DNA from: an uncultured Gemmatimonadales bacterium
Lineage (GTDB): Bacteria; Gemmatimonadota; Gemmatimonadetes; Gemmatimonadales; GWC2-71-9
Length of the DNA stretch: 64,000 nt
NCBI GenBank assembly: GCA_963771275.1
Contig: CAVYSW010000003.1
Span: 128,001 to 192,000, forward strand
Direction of reading: 5' to 3'
In this document: in pieces, positions 39,504 through 47,941 of the stretch
How the letters are laid out: every line of letters begins with the position of its first letter
How positions within the stretch are numbered: position 1 is the stretch's first letter
Notes under the pieces: model-generated
The model's input: the letters and a program-made list of their open reading frames with translations, nothing else
What the model was told of the DNA's origin: nothing
The model's database searches: none
Position numbers and translations under genes: made by a program

Positions 39504-40375
39504 GAGAGCATCGCCCGTTGTTCCCGTTGTCGGCGGGCCAGATCGTACGTTTCCGCCACCTCGCCACCAGTGAGGAACACGAACGCCGTGACGTACACCC
39601 ATCCCACGAACAGCAGGAGCGCCACGGCGTTGCGGTTCGAGACCACCTGATCGAGCGTCGCGAACCGCGCGAGGTAGACCCCGAACAGCCGCTTGACGAG
39701 CTCGAACGCCAGCGAGGCGACCCCCGCCGCCACGAGGGCCGTGTCCCACTTGACCTTGCGACTTGGCGCCACCGTGTAGACGACGAAGAACAGCAGCAAC
39801 GCGACCCCGAAGGCCGAGAGGCCCGCCAGGAACCGCCCCAGCCAGGGCGCCCGCAGCACCAGCACCGTCATGATCGTGTTGGCGACGATCAGGATCGCGG
39901 CCGTAACCGCGAGGAGGACGTCAATCGCCTTGCCGTGGAGCAGGCCGCGCGTTTCCTCGGTGTCGAACACGTCGTTGAGCGCCGCCCGCACCGAGCCGAA
40001 CAGCCGCCAGGAGAACCACACGAAGAACGGCACGCCCCAGATCGACAGCTGCGCCCGGCTCTGCACCACCACGCCCACGACGTCGTCCACCACTCTGAGC
40101 GGGCTCGTGGCGCCCGGCGCCACCGGGAGGAAGCGTCCCAGCAGGCTGTGGACGTCCTCGACCGGATGCGCGGTATCGCCGACCACGTATCCGAAGATCG
40201 ACAAGGCGATGAACAGCAGGGGCAGGAGCCACAGCAGGGCGTCGAACGCCAGGGCGCTCGCGAGAAACGGGATGTTGTCTTCGTACGCGCCGACGAACAC
40301 GCGCCGCACGAAGCCGACCGGCGAGAACGCCCAGCCCCTCGGCGGCCCGCGGCGCGAGGCCTCGGCCCGCGCCAC
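39500..40375 (-). CDS. YihY/BrkB family membrane protein
   Basis: ASALAF..LL...P, multi-TM, W.Y....FL.G.E. Confidence 0.85.
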   Translation of the reverse strand: MARAEASRRGPPRGWAFSPVGFVRRVFVGAYEDNIPFLASALAFDALLWLLPLLFIALSIFGYVVGDTAHPVEDVHSLLGRFLPVAPGATSPLRVVDDVVGVVVQSRAQLSIWGVPFFVWFSWRLFGSVRAALNDVFDTEETRGLLHGKAIDVLLAVTAAILIVANTIMTVLVLRAPWLGRFLAGLSAFGVALLLFFVVYTVAPSRKVKWDTALVAAGVASLAFELVKRLFGVYLARFATLDQVVSNRNAVALLLFVGWVYVTAFVFLTGGEVAETYDLARRQREQRAMLS

Positions 40376-40377
40376 AG

Positions 40378-40806
40378 CTACTCGTCGGACTCGGCTTCGG
40401 CTTCCGCCGGACGCGACTGTGCGCGCTGCGCCCGCGCGTCCGCCAGGCGGCGCTCCAGCTCGTCGCGCGCGGTTCGCACCGCCGAGCGGCCGGCGCTGAC
40501 CGCGTCCCGCGCGTCCTCCCGCCGGGCGTCGATCGACCGCTTGGCGGACTGCAGACCCGCTTCGACACTCGCCTTCGTCCGCTCGTAGCCGGTCTCCACC
40601 ACCTCCTCGAGGTCGTGCAACCGGTCCTCCGCCGCCTCGCGCAGGCGCCGGCCCCGGGCCCGGAGCTGCGCCCGCGTCTCCGCACCGCTCTGCGGCGCGA
40701 ACAGGAGCGCGATCACCGCCCCCAGCGCGGCCCCCGCGAGAAAGGCCCCGATGCCCCCACCCTTCTCCACCACGACCACCGCTTCGTCGTCACGACGGCT
40801 GCCCAT
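40378..40806 (-). CDS. YtxH domain protein
   Basis: FLAGAALGAVIALLFAPQSGAETR followed by coiled coil. Confidence 0.88.
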   Translation of the reverse strand: MGSRRDDEAVVVVEKGGGIGAFLAGAALGAVIALLFAPQSGAETRAQLRARGRRLREAAEDRLHDLEEVVETGYERTKASVEAGLQSAKRSIDARREDARDAVSAGRSAVRTARDELERRLADARAQRAQSRPAEAEAESDE

Positions 40807-40874
40807 TGCGCCTCCTCGAAGTGCCACGCGCGACTTCCCGCGTCGTATCAATGTACGCGGCGCCCGCAGGAGCG

Positions 40875-41648
40875 TCAAAACGTCACGGTCAGCCCGTCAT
40901 GCGCCGGCTCGATCCCGGGCGGCAGCCGAGCGGCCAGGGCCGCGTACCCGTGTCGGTGGGTGAGATGCGTCAGCAGCGTGCGCTCCGCCCCGACCGCCCG
41001 GGCGACGTCGATGGCCTCCGGAATCGACAGGTGGGTCGGGTGCGGGCGATCGAACAGGGCGTTGAGCACGAGCACCCGGACCCCGCGCAGCCGGGCCACG
41101 ACGTCGGGCGGCACGCGCTGGGCGTCGGTCACGTAGCCCACCGGCCCGATGCGGTAGCCGTACACGTCGAGGTCCCCGTGCGGCACGACGAGCGGGAGCA
41201 CGGTCAGCCCCGCGATCTCCTGCGGCTCGCCCGGGGCGAGCGCCGTCGGTAGCAGCTCCGGCTTCGACGTCCCCGGTTGCGGCCGGACGCGCGGGTCGAA
41301 GATGTACGCAAAGCGCTGCGCCAGGCGGGCCAGCGTGTCGGCCGACCCGTAGACGGCCAGCGGCCCGCGCCGCGCGGAGATCGCCCGCAGATCGTCGATG
41401 CCATGCACGTGATCGGCGTGCTCGTGCGTGAACAGGACGGCGTCGACGTGGCCGATCCCGGCACCGAGCAGCTGCACCCGGAGCTCCGGCGGCGTGTCGA
41501 TCAGGATCCGCCGCCCGTCGTCACCCTCCACGACCGCCGCGACGCGGGTGCGCCGATCGCGGGGGTCGGGCGACGCACACACCGCGCAGTCGCACCCGAG
41601 GACCGGGACGCCGAACGACGTCCCGCATCCCAGCACGACGAGGCGCAC
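40875..41648 (-). CDS. MBL-fold metallohydrolase (PhnP-like)
   Basis: LGCGTSFGVP..GCDC.VC, THEHADHVHGIDD, HPTH, LTHLTH. Confidence 0.9.
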   Translation of the reverse strand: MRLVVLGCGTSFGVPVLGCDCAVCASPDPRDRRTRVAAVVEGDDGRRILIDTPPELRVQLLGAGIGHVDAVLFTHEHADHVHGIDDLRAISARRGPLAVYGSADTLARLAQRFAYIFDPRVRPQPGTSKPELLPTALAPGEPQEIAGLTVLPLVVPHGDLDVYGYRIGPVGYVTDAQRVPPDVVARLRGVRVLVLNALFDRPHPTHLSIPEAIDVARAVGAERTLLTHLTHRHGYAALAARLPPGIEPAHDGLTVTF

Positions 41649-41650
41649 CG

Positions 41651-43081
41651 CTAGACGACCTCGACCTTGAGCAGGTTGGTCGTGCCGGGCACCTCGAACG
41701 GCATGCCCGCGGTGACCACGATGCGATCGCCCGGGACCGCGTAGCCCTTCTGCAGCAGCGTGTCGCGCGCCACGTCGAGCATGGCGCCGTAGTCGGGGAC
41801 GCGCGACGCCTGCTGGGGAATCACCCCCCAGACCAGGGCCAGGTGCCGGCACGTCTCCGCTTCCGTGGAAAGGCCGAGGATCGGCTCGCGGGGTCGCAGC
41901 GCGGCGATCTTCCGCGCCGTGAACCCGCTGCGCGTGAAGCAGACGATGACCGGCACGCGCAGCATGTCGGCCGCGGCGGTCGTCGCGGCGGCGATCGCGT
42001 CCTCGACCGACCGCTCGGCCCCCGCACGGGCGTCACTGCGCCGGCGCAGCGACCCGGACTCGTCGAACATCGCGCGCTCGACTTCCCGGATGATGCGGGC
42101 CATGGCACCGACCGCTTCCACCGGATACGCACCGACCGCCGTCTCCGCCGACAGCATCACGGCATCGGTGCCGTCGAGAATCGCGTTGGCGACGTCCGAC
42201 GCTTCGGCGCGCGTGGGCCGCGGGTTCTCCACCATCGACTCGAGCATCTGGGTCGCCGTGATGACGGGACGCCCCTGCCGGTTCGCCAGCCGGATCAGGC
42301 GCTTCTGCGCGAGCGGCACCTCCTCGTACGGCAGCTCCACGCCGAGGTCTCCCCGTGCCACCATCACCGCATCCGCGGCGTGCACGATCTCGGGCTGCTG
42401 CCCCAGCGCCGCGGCCCGCTCGATCTTGGCGACGAGCCGGATCCCGCCGGGCACGAGCTGCCGCACCTGCGCGATGTCCGACGCCCGGCTGACGAAGCTG
42501 ATCCCCAGGTAGTCGGCGCCGTGCTCCACCGCGAGCGCGATGTCCTCGCGATCCTTGGCGGTGACCGCCGGCGCGCTCACGTCCGCGTCCGGCAGGTTGA
42601 TGCCCTTGTTCCCCTTGAGCAGGCCGCCGTGCCGCACGCGCCCGATCACGCGCGTCCCGCGCGTCTCGCGCACTTCGACCTCGAGCAGGCCGTCGTCGAG
42701 CAGGATGCGGGCGCCCGGCCGGGCATCGTGCGCGAGCGCGGCGTAGGTCGTCGGGATCTCCTCGCCCCCGGCCTCGGCCTCCGGCGCGAACACGACCGTC
42801 GCTCCCTCGACCAGCGTGCGCGGCTGGCTCAGGGCACCCACGCGGATGCGCGGGCCCTGGAGATCGACCAGGATCGCGACGTGCCGCGACCGCGCCGCGG
42901 CCACGCGGCGCACCAGCGCCATCCAGCCGGCCCGCAGCGCCGGCGTGCCGTGCGAGCTGTTCACGCGCACGACGTCCATTCCGGCATCCAGCATGCGCTC
43001 CAGCACCGGCGCCGTGGCGCTCGCCGGACCGATCGTAGCGACGATCTTGGTACGACGAATATCCCGCAGACCCGGCGGCAC
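41651..43081 (-). CDS. pyk: Pyruvate kinase (start uncertain)
   Basis: RRTKIVATIGPA, DLQGPRIR, VMVARGDLGVE, ATQMLESM, DAVMLSAETA. Confidence 0.95.
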   Translation of the reverse strand: MPPGLRDIRRTKIVATIGPASATAPVLERMLDAGMDVVRVNSSHGTPALRAGWMALVRRVAAARSRHVAILVDLQGPRIRVGALSQPRTLVEGATVVFAPEAEAGGEEIPTTYAALAHDARPGARILLDDGLLEVEVRETRGTRVIGRVRHGGLLKGNKGINLPDADVSAPAVTAKDREDIALAVEHGADYLGISFVSRASDIAQVRQLVPGGIRLVAKIERAAALGQQPEIVHAADAVMVARGDLGVELPYEEVPLAQKRLIRLANRQGRPVITATQMLESMVENPRPTRAEASDVANAILDGTDAVMLSAETAVGAYPVEAVGAMARIIREVERAMFDESGSLRRRSDARAGAERSVEDAIAAATTAAADMLRVPVIVCFTRSGFTARKIAALRPREPILGLSTEAETCRHLALVWGVIPQQASRVPDYGAMLDVARDTLLQKGYAVPGDRIVVTAGMPFEVPGTTNLLKVEVV

Positions 43082-43113
43082 GTCCCCCGGCGGCCTCGCC
43101 CCCCCCTGCGGCG

Positions 43114-45996
43114 TCAGAACCCGACCTCCACGCCGAGCCGGAACAGGCGCGGCGCGCCGTACGCGAACACGGGCTGCAGGAAGTCCCACGCCGCGCGCAG
43201 GTAGAGCGGCAGCAGCTCGCCGGACCCCGCGATCACGCCGTTGTGGTCGAGGTCCGCCTCGGGCCGGTAGCGCGGCGACTCGTAGGGGATCGCTTCCGGG
43301 TGCGCCGCGTAGGCCTGCTGGGCGGCCGCCGCGATCTGCTGATCCGTCGCCTGCGGCACGTCGTTGTCGCGCCGAACGGCGACGACGTTGCGCCGGTCGG
43401 TGAGGTTGCGCACGTCCACGTAGGCGCGGACCGCGAGGTGCCCCAGCGCGAACCGCTTCCCCAGCCGCGCGTCGAGCTGGAACTGACTGGGGAGGCGGTG
43501 ACTGTTCGGCAGCCCGAGAATCGTGTCGCCGGTCGCGTTGGTCTGGCTGTAGGGGAGGCCCGACCCCCAGCGCGCCACCACGCCGCCCTCGACGCCGCGC
43601 AGCAGCGCCGGCGCCGCCGGCGGCGTCTCTCCCTGGACCACCGCGATGATCGAGTGGCGCTGGTCGTAGTCCAGCGGGAAATCCACCACCGCGGGAATGA
43701 TGGTGTCGCCGACCGGCGAGATCCGGAGCCGGCGGTAGAAGTCCAGCGCGTTCGTGGCGGTCGCGCGCGCGTCCTGGAGCACGTAGCTCACCCGCACCGC
43801 GAGACCGTCGAACGCCTCCCGCTCGATCGTGGCGTCGATCCCGCGCACCGTCCCGTAGTCGGCGTTGCCGAAGATCGCGCTGTCGGGATCGAAGCCGACC
43901 GGCACCGAAGCCACCAGGCCGTCGATCCGCTTGACGTAGGCGCCGATCTGGAGCGCCACGTGACGCGACGTGCGCAGCCGCGTGCGCAGCTCGTACTGGG
44001 TCGCCGTCTCGAAGCCGAGCTGCGGGTTGCCGCGTCGGAACCGTCCGGTCCGCAGCGTGTCGTCGAACGCGGCATCCACGAGGTACTGGAAGTCTGGCGC
44101 CTGCGCGAACCGCCCGAAGCTCGCCACCACCGTGGCGTTCCGCAGCGCGGTGGAGACCGCGAACCGTGGGCTCAGGGTGAACCTCGTTCCCCCCAGGGCG
44201 TCTTGCCCCGCCCCGCGCGCGTCAAACGCATCGCCGCGGATCCCGAACGTGAGGGTCAGATCCTCCCAGCGGTGGACGAGCTCGCCGTACCCCGCCGCGG
44301 AGAACGGCGAGAACGCGCTCCGGCGGGCGGGCGGCGCTCCCGCCGCGACCGGCCGGAACGCCTCGAGGCGCGTGAACGTCTCGACCTGCTGGGCCACGTA
44401 TTCCCCACCCACCCGGATGTCCGTGTCGTGACCGCGCCCGAAATAGGCGTCGAGCCGGGCCCGCCCCTCGCGAAACCGGTTCCAGGCGAGCTCGCCCCGC
44501 GGGCTGTCCGTGTAGAAGAACGCGGGCACGCCCCACGGCGTCGCGGTCGCGAGCTCCGGGGTCGTGAAGCCGGGCACGGCCTGCTCCGCCGCCACGGAGT
44601 CCCGCGCGCGCGCGATGTCCGCCCCCGCGAAGTCGAACCCGCCCAGGGAAAACGCGCCGAACGTGTAGCTCGGCAGCGCCAGCAGGGGTGCGCGCAGGGC
44701 TTCCTTGGTGAAGTAGCCCAGCCGCAGATCGACGATCGTCGCGTTGGTCGAGTCGGGACTGGACGCCATCTGATAGTGGACGAAACCCAGGCGCCCGCGC
44801 GTCTGCTCGGCGGGCCCCCGGTCGAGCGCATACTTGAGCGCCGGGTCAAACAGCAGCCGCCGCTGGTCCGACGCCGTCCCCAGCACGCGGAGCAGGTGCC
44901 GCGATCCGAACGGCACCGTGAGCTTGGCGAAGAAGTCCAGTTGCTCCCCCGCATTGTGCGGCAGCAGCCACGGGCGCGCCGCACGGGGATCGAGCGGGTC
45001 CTGCGGTGCCGGGGCGTTCACCGGGTCGGCGTCGAGCCGCGCGGTCCCGTCGACCACCGCGAGGAACCGGGCACGCCCGACAAGCGGCGTCCCCACGGTG
45101 GCGACGATCCGGTCGAGCCCGTAATCCGCCCCGTCGCCGAGCGGCCGGTCCGTCTCGTACGTGAGCCTCGCTTCCGGGCGCTCGGGACCGTCGCGCGTCA
45201 CGACGCTCACCATCCCGGAGAGCGCCTGGCCGTACCGGGCCGAGAACCCGTTCGTCACCACCGTGGCCTGCTCCACCGCCGCCGGGGGGATCCGGGCACC
45301 CAGCGTCCCGCCCGCCGCGTCGAGCTGGTTCTTGAAGCCCATCCCATCCACGATGTAGAGGTCCTCCCCCGCCCGCCCTCCACGATACGAGTTGCCCACG
45401 ACCCCGGGCTGGAGCGCCACCGCCTCCTCGATCGTGGTCACCGGCAGCTGGCGGAGGTCCTGCGCCGTCACGGTATGCTCCGTCGCGACGACCCGCGGGT
45501 CGAGCACCACGTCCGGCCGCTCCGCGACGACGATGCCCTCCAACAGCACCGCCTGAGACCGCAGCACGAAGGCGAGCACGGCGGTCTGGTCGCCCAGGAC
45601 CTGCACACTGTCCCGCCGGTCCATCGCGTAGCCGGGCGCCCGCACTTCCACCCGGTACACACCCGGCCGCAACTCGCGGATCGCGAAGCGCCCCAGGCCG
45701 TCCGTGATGGCCCCCCGGACACCCGGCAGCACGGCGATGCGCGCGCCTGCGATCGGGGCGCGCGTGACCGCGTCGATCACGGTGCCGCGAAGGCCACCCT
45801 CTCCCTGCGCGTGCGCGGCCGCCGGGCTTCCGGACAGCACGCCAAGCCCGCCCAGCAGGACGGCAACGCCCCGGCCCCTGCGCAATGTGCGGACCCTGTG
45901 GGAAACTCGTTCCACACGCGTGTGGAGATGTGCACCGCCCGGGGCCGCACCAGACTGGCCGCGGATCATGACGGGGGGCTGACGCGTTGACGCCAT
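43114..45996 (-). CDS. TonB-dependent receptor with carboxypeptidase-regulatory-like N-domain (start may be GTG 45915)
   Basis: GTVIDA.T..PIAGA, plug LQPGV...RGGR, GFSARYG.ALSG.V, C-terminal PRLFRLGVEVGF. Confidence 0.85.
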   Translation of the reverse strand: MASTRQPPVMIRGQSGAAPGGAHLHTRVERVSHRVRTLRRGRGVAVLLGGLGVLSGSPAAAHAQGEGGLRGTVIDAVTRAPIAGARIAVLPGVRGAITDGLGRFAIRELRPGVYRVEVRAPGYAMDRRDSVQVLGDQTAVLAFVLRSQAVLLEGIVVAERPDVVLDPRVVATEHTVTAQDLRQLPVTTIEEAVALQPGVVGNSYRGGRAGEDLYIVDGMGFKNQLDAAGGTLGARIPPAAVEQATVVTNGFSARYGQALSGMVSVVTRDGPERPEARLTYETDRPLGDGADYGLDRIVATVGTPLVGRARFLAVVDGTARLDADPVNAPAPQDPLDPRAARPWLLPHNAGEQLDFFAKLTVPFGSRHLLRVLGTASDQRRLLFDPALKYALDRGPAEQTRGRLGFVHYQMASSPDSTNATIVDLRLGYFTKEALRAPLLALPSYTFGAFSLGGFDFAGADIARARDSVAAEQAVPGFTTPELATATPWGVPAFFYTDSPRGELAWNRFREGRARLDAYFGRGHDTDIRVGGEYVAQQVETFTRLEAFRPVAAGAPPARRSAFSPFSAAGYGELVHRWEDLTLTFGIRGDAFDARGAGQDALGGTRFTLSPRFAVSTALRNATVVASFGRFAQAPDFQYLVDAAFDDTLRTGRFRRGNPQLGFETATQYELRTRLRTSRHVALQIGAYVKRIDGLVASVPVGFDPDSAIFGNADYGTVRGIDATIEREAFDGLAVRVSYVLQDARATATNALDFYRRLRISPVGDTIIPAVVDFPLDYDQRHSIIAVVQGETPPAAPALLRGVEGGVVARWGSGLPYSQTNATGDTILGLPNSHRLPSQFQLDARLGKRFALGHLAVRAYVDVRNLTDRRNVVAVRRDNDVPQATDQQIAAAAQQAYAAHPEAIPYESPRYRPEADLDHNGVIAGSGELLPLYLRAAWDFLQPVFAYGAPRLFRLGVEVGF

Positions 45997-46024
45997 GTGG
46001 AAACCCGGTGACCGGGCGCGCCCC

Positions 46025-47248
46025 TCACGGGGCTGGTGCCACCGCGCCCTGGAAGCGGCGCGCCACGTACTCCTCGAGGATCGCGATGAACTCCGCCACG
46101 ATCGTATCCCCCCGGAGCGTCCGCAGCAGTTGGCCGTCCACGTACACCGGGGCCGTGGGCTCCTCGAACGTCCCCGGCAGCGAGATCCCAATGTCCGCGT
46201 GCTTCGACTCACCCGGCCCGTTCACCACGCACCCCATCACCGCCACGGTGAGCGATTCGACGCCGGGATGGCGCTCGCGCCAGATCGGCATCTGGCGATC
46301 GAGATACGCCTGGATCTCCTCCGCCATCTCCTGAAAGAAGGTGCTCGTCGTGCGGCCGCAGCCGGGACAGGCGGCCACCTGCGGATTGAAGCGGCGCAGG
46401 TCCAGAGCCTGCAGCACCTGCTGCGCCACCCGCACCTCCTCCGCACGGTCGCCGCCCGGCTTGGGCGTCAGCGAGACGCGGATCGTGTCTCCGATGCCGT
46501 CCGCGAGGAGGATCGCGATCCCCGCGGTGCTCGCGACGACCCCCTTGGTCCCCATCCCCGCCTCGGTGAGTCCGAGGTGGAGCGGGTAGTCGGACCGCGG
46601 CGCCAGGAGGCGATATACGTCCACCAGATCGGCGACCCGCGAGATCTTGGCCGACAGGATGATCCGGTCGTGCGGCAGCCCGATCTCCTCCGCCAGCACG
46701 GCCGAGCGCATCGCGCTTTCGACCATGGCGTCGAGCATGACGTCCCGCGCGTCCCGCGGTGCGGCGCGCTGTGCGTTGGCCTCCATCAGTTCGGTGAGCA
46801 GGCGCCGGTCGAGCGACCCCCAGTTCACGCCGATCCGGATCGGCTTGGCGTTGGCGATCGCGACCTCGACGATGGCGCGGAAGTGCTCGTCCCGGCGCGC
46901 CGCGCCCACGTTGCCCGGATTGATGCGATACTTGGCGAGCGCCCGGGCGCAATCGGGGTAGCGGGTCAACAGCAGGTGGCCGTTGTAGTGGAAGTCGCCG
47001 ATGATGGGAACCGCCGCGCCGGCGGCGTCGAGCCGCGCCACGATGTCCGGGACCGCGCGTGCCGCGTCGTCGTTGTTCACCGTGACGCGGACCAGCTCGC
47101 TTCCCGCCTCGGCCAGGGCCCGCACCTGCGCCACCGTCCGCTCGACGTCGGCGGTATCCGTGTTGGTCATCGACTGGACGACCACCGGGTGCCCCGAGCC
47201 GACGGGGACGCCGCCGACCCAGGTCGTGGTCGTGGCGCGCCTCGGCAT
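46025..47248 (-). CDS. ispG: HMBPP synthase IspG
   Basis: [51 protein letters not shown]. Confidence 0.97.
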   Translation of the reverse strand: MPRRATTTTWVGGVPVGSGHPVVVQSMTNTDTADVERTVAQVRALAEAGSELVRVTVNNDDAARAVPDIVARLDAAGAAVPIIGDFHYNGHLLLTRYPDCARALAKYRINPGNVGAARRDEHFRAIVEVAIANAKPIRIGVNWGSLDRRLLTELMEANAQRAAPRDARDVMLDAMVESAMRSAVLAEEIGLPHDRIILSAKISRVADLVDVYRLLAPRSDYPLHLGLTEAGMGTKGVVASTAGIAILLADGIGDTIRVSLTPKPGGDRAEEVRVAQQVLQALDLRRFNPQVAACPGCGRTTSTFFQEMAEEIQAYLDRQMPIWRERHPGVESLTVAVMGCVVNGPGESKHADIGISLPGTFEEPTAPVYVDGQLLRTLRGDTIVAEFIAILEEYVARRFQGAVAPAP

Positions 47249-47265
47249 GCCGCGCGCGGCGCTCG

Positions 47266-47622
47266 TCAGCACCGGTGCTGCCAGTCCACCTCGAACTCCC
47301 CCGCGCACACCGGGCAGCGGGCCGCGCGCACGCCGTCCTCCACGTTCGCGCGGGTCCGGCACTGCGGGCAGACACCGTAGGTCCGGTTGAGGTTGGCGGC
47401 GCTGGCCCGCCCGGACTGGCTGAGGCTCCGCGCGACGATGCTCCACTGCGTCGGCTTCGCTGCGGAGAACTCGAGCAGCGTTCGATCCACCGCCACGTTA
47501 CGCTTGTTCACATCGAGAAACACGATGGTCGGCTTCTTGTCGTTGACGACGGGGTACCAGGCGCCGCGGCGCAGTCCGTGAGCTCCCGCCAGCCGCACCC
47601 GCGCCCAGAGCTTCGGTTCCAT
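47266..47622 (-). CDS. Hypothetical protein with C-terminal zinc ribbon
   Basis: GAGGAGG RBS; CPQC...CPVC. Confidence 0.75.
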   Translation of the reverse strand: MEPKLWARVRLAGAHGLRRGAWYPVVNDKKPTIVFLDVNKRNVAVDRTLLEFSAAKPTQWSIVARSLSQSGRASAANLNRTYGVCPQCRTRANVEDGVRAARCPVCAGEFEVDWQHRC

Positions 47623-47643
47623 CGCCCAACCTCCTCGGACCGT

Positions 47644-47826
47644 TCAGCGAGAAAACCCGGCGGCGATCCCCAGCGGAATGACGATGTAGAGCACCACGTC
47701 ACGGACCAGGTAGTATGCGACGACGACGGCAACGAGCTTCCAGCCGCGCTTGCGCACCAGCCCGCGCCAGCCGAGGGCCCGCAGCTCGTCGCGTAGCGTT
47801 CGTACGATTCCGGTCACCCAGCGCAT
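47644..47826 (-). CDS. Small membrane protein (60 aa)
   Basis: Basic N-terminus then hydrophobic segments; TATGTT 6 nt upstream of ATG. Confidence 0.6.
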   Translation of the reverse strand: MRWVTGIVRTLRDELRALGWRGLVRKRGWKLVAVVVAYYLVRDVVLYIVIPLGIAAGFSR

Positions 47827-47848
47827 TGGCCTAACATAACCGCAAGAG

Positions 47849-47938
47849 GGGAAACGGGAAAAGGGAAACGGGAAACGAAGGCGTGCGCCCTCGTTTCCCG
47901 TCTCCCCCTGCACGCTACCCGCTACGCGCTACGCGCGC
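47849..47938. repeat. Chimeric heptamer array E (GGGAAAC family plus NACGCTA family)
   Basis: gggaaac gggaaaa gggaaac gggaaac / spacer / gtttccc gtctccc cctg cacgcta cccgcta cgcgcta cgcgcgc. Confidence 0.85.
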
Positions 47939-47941
47939 CGC

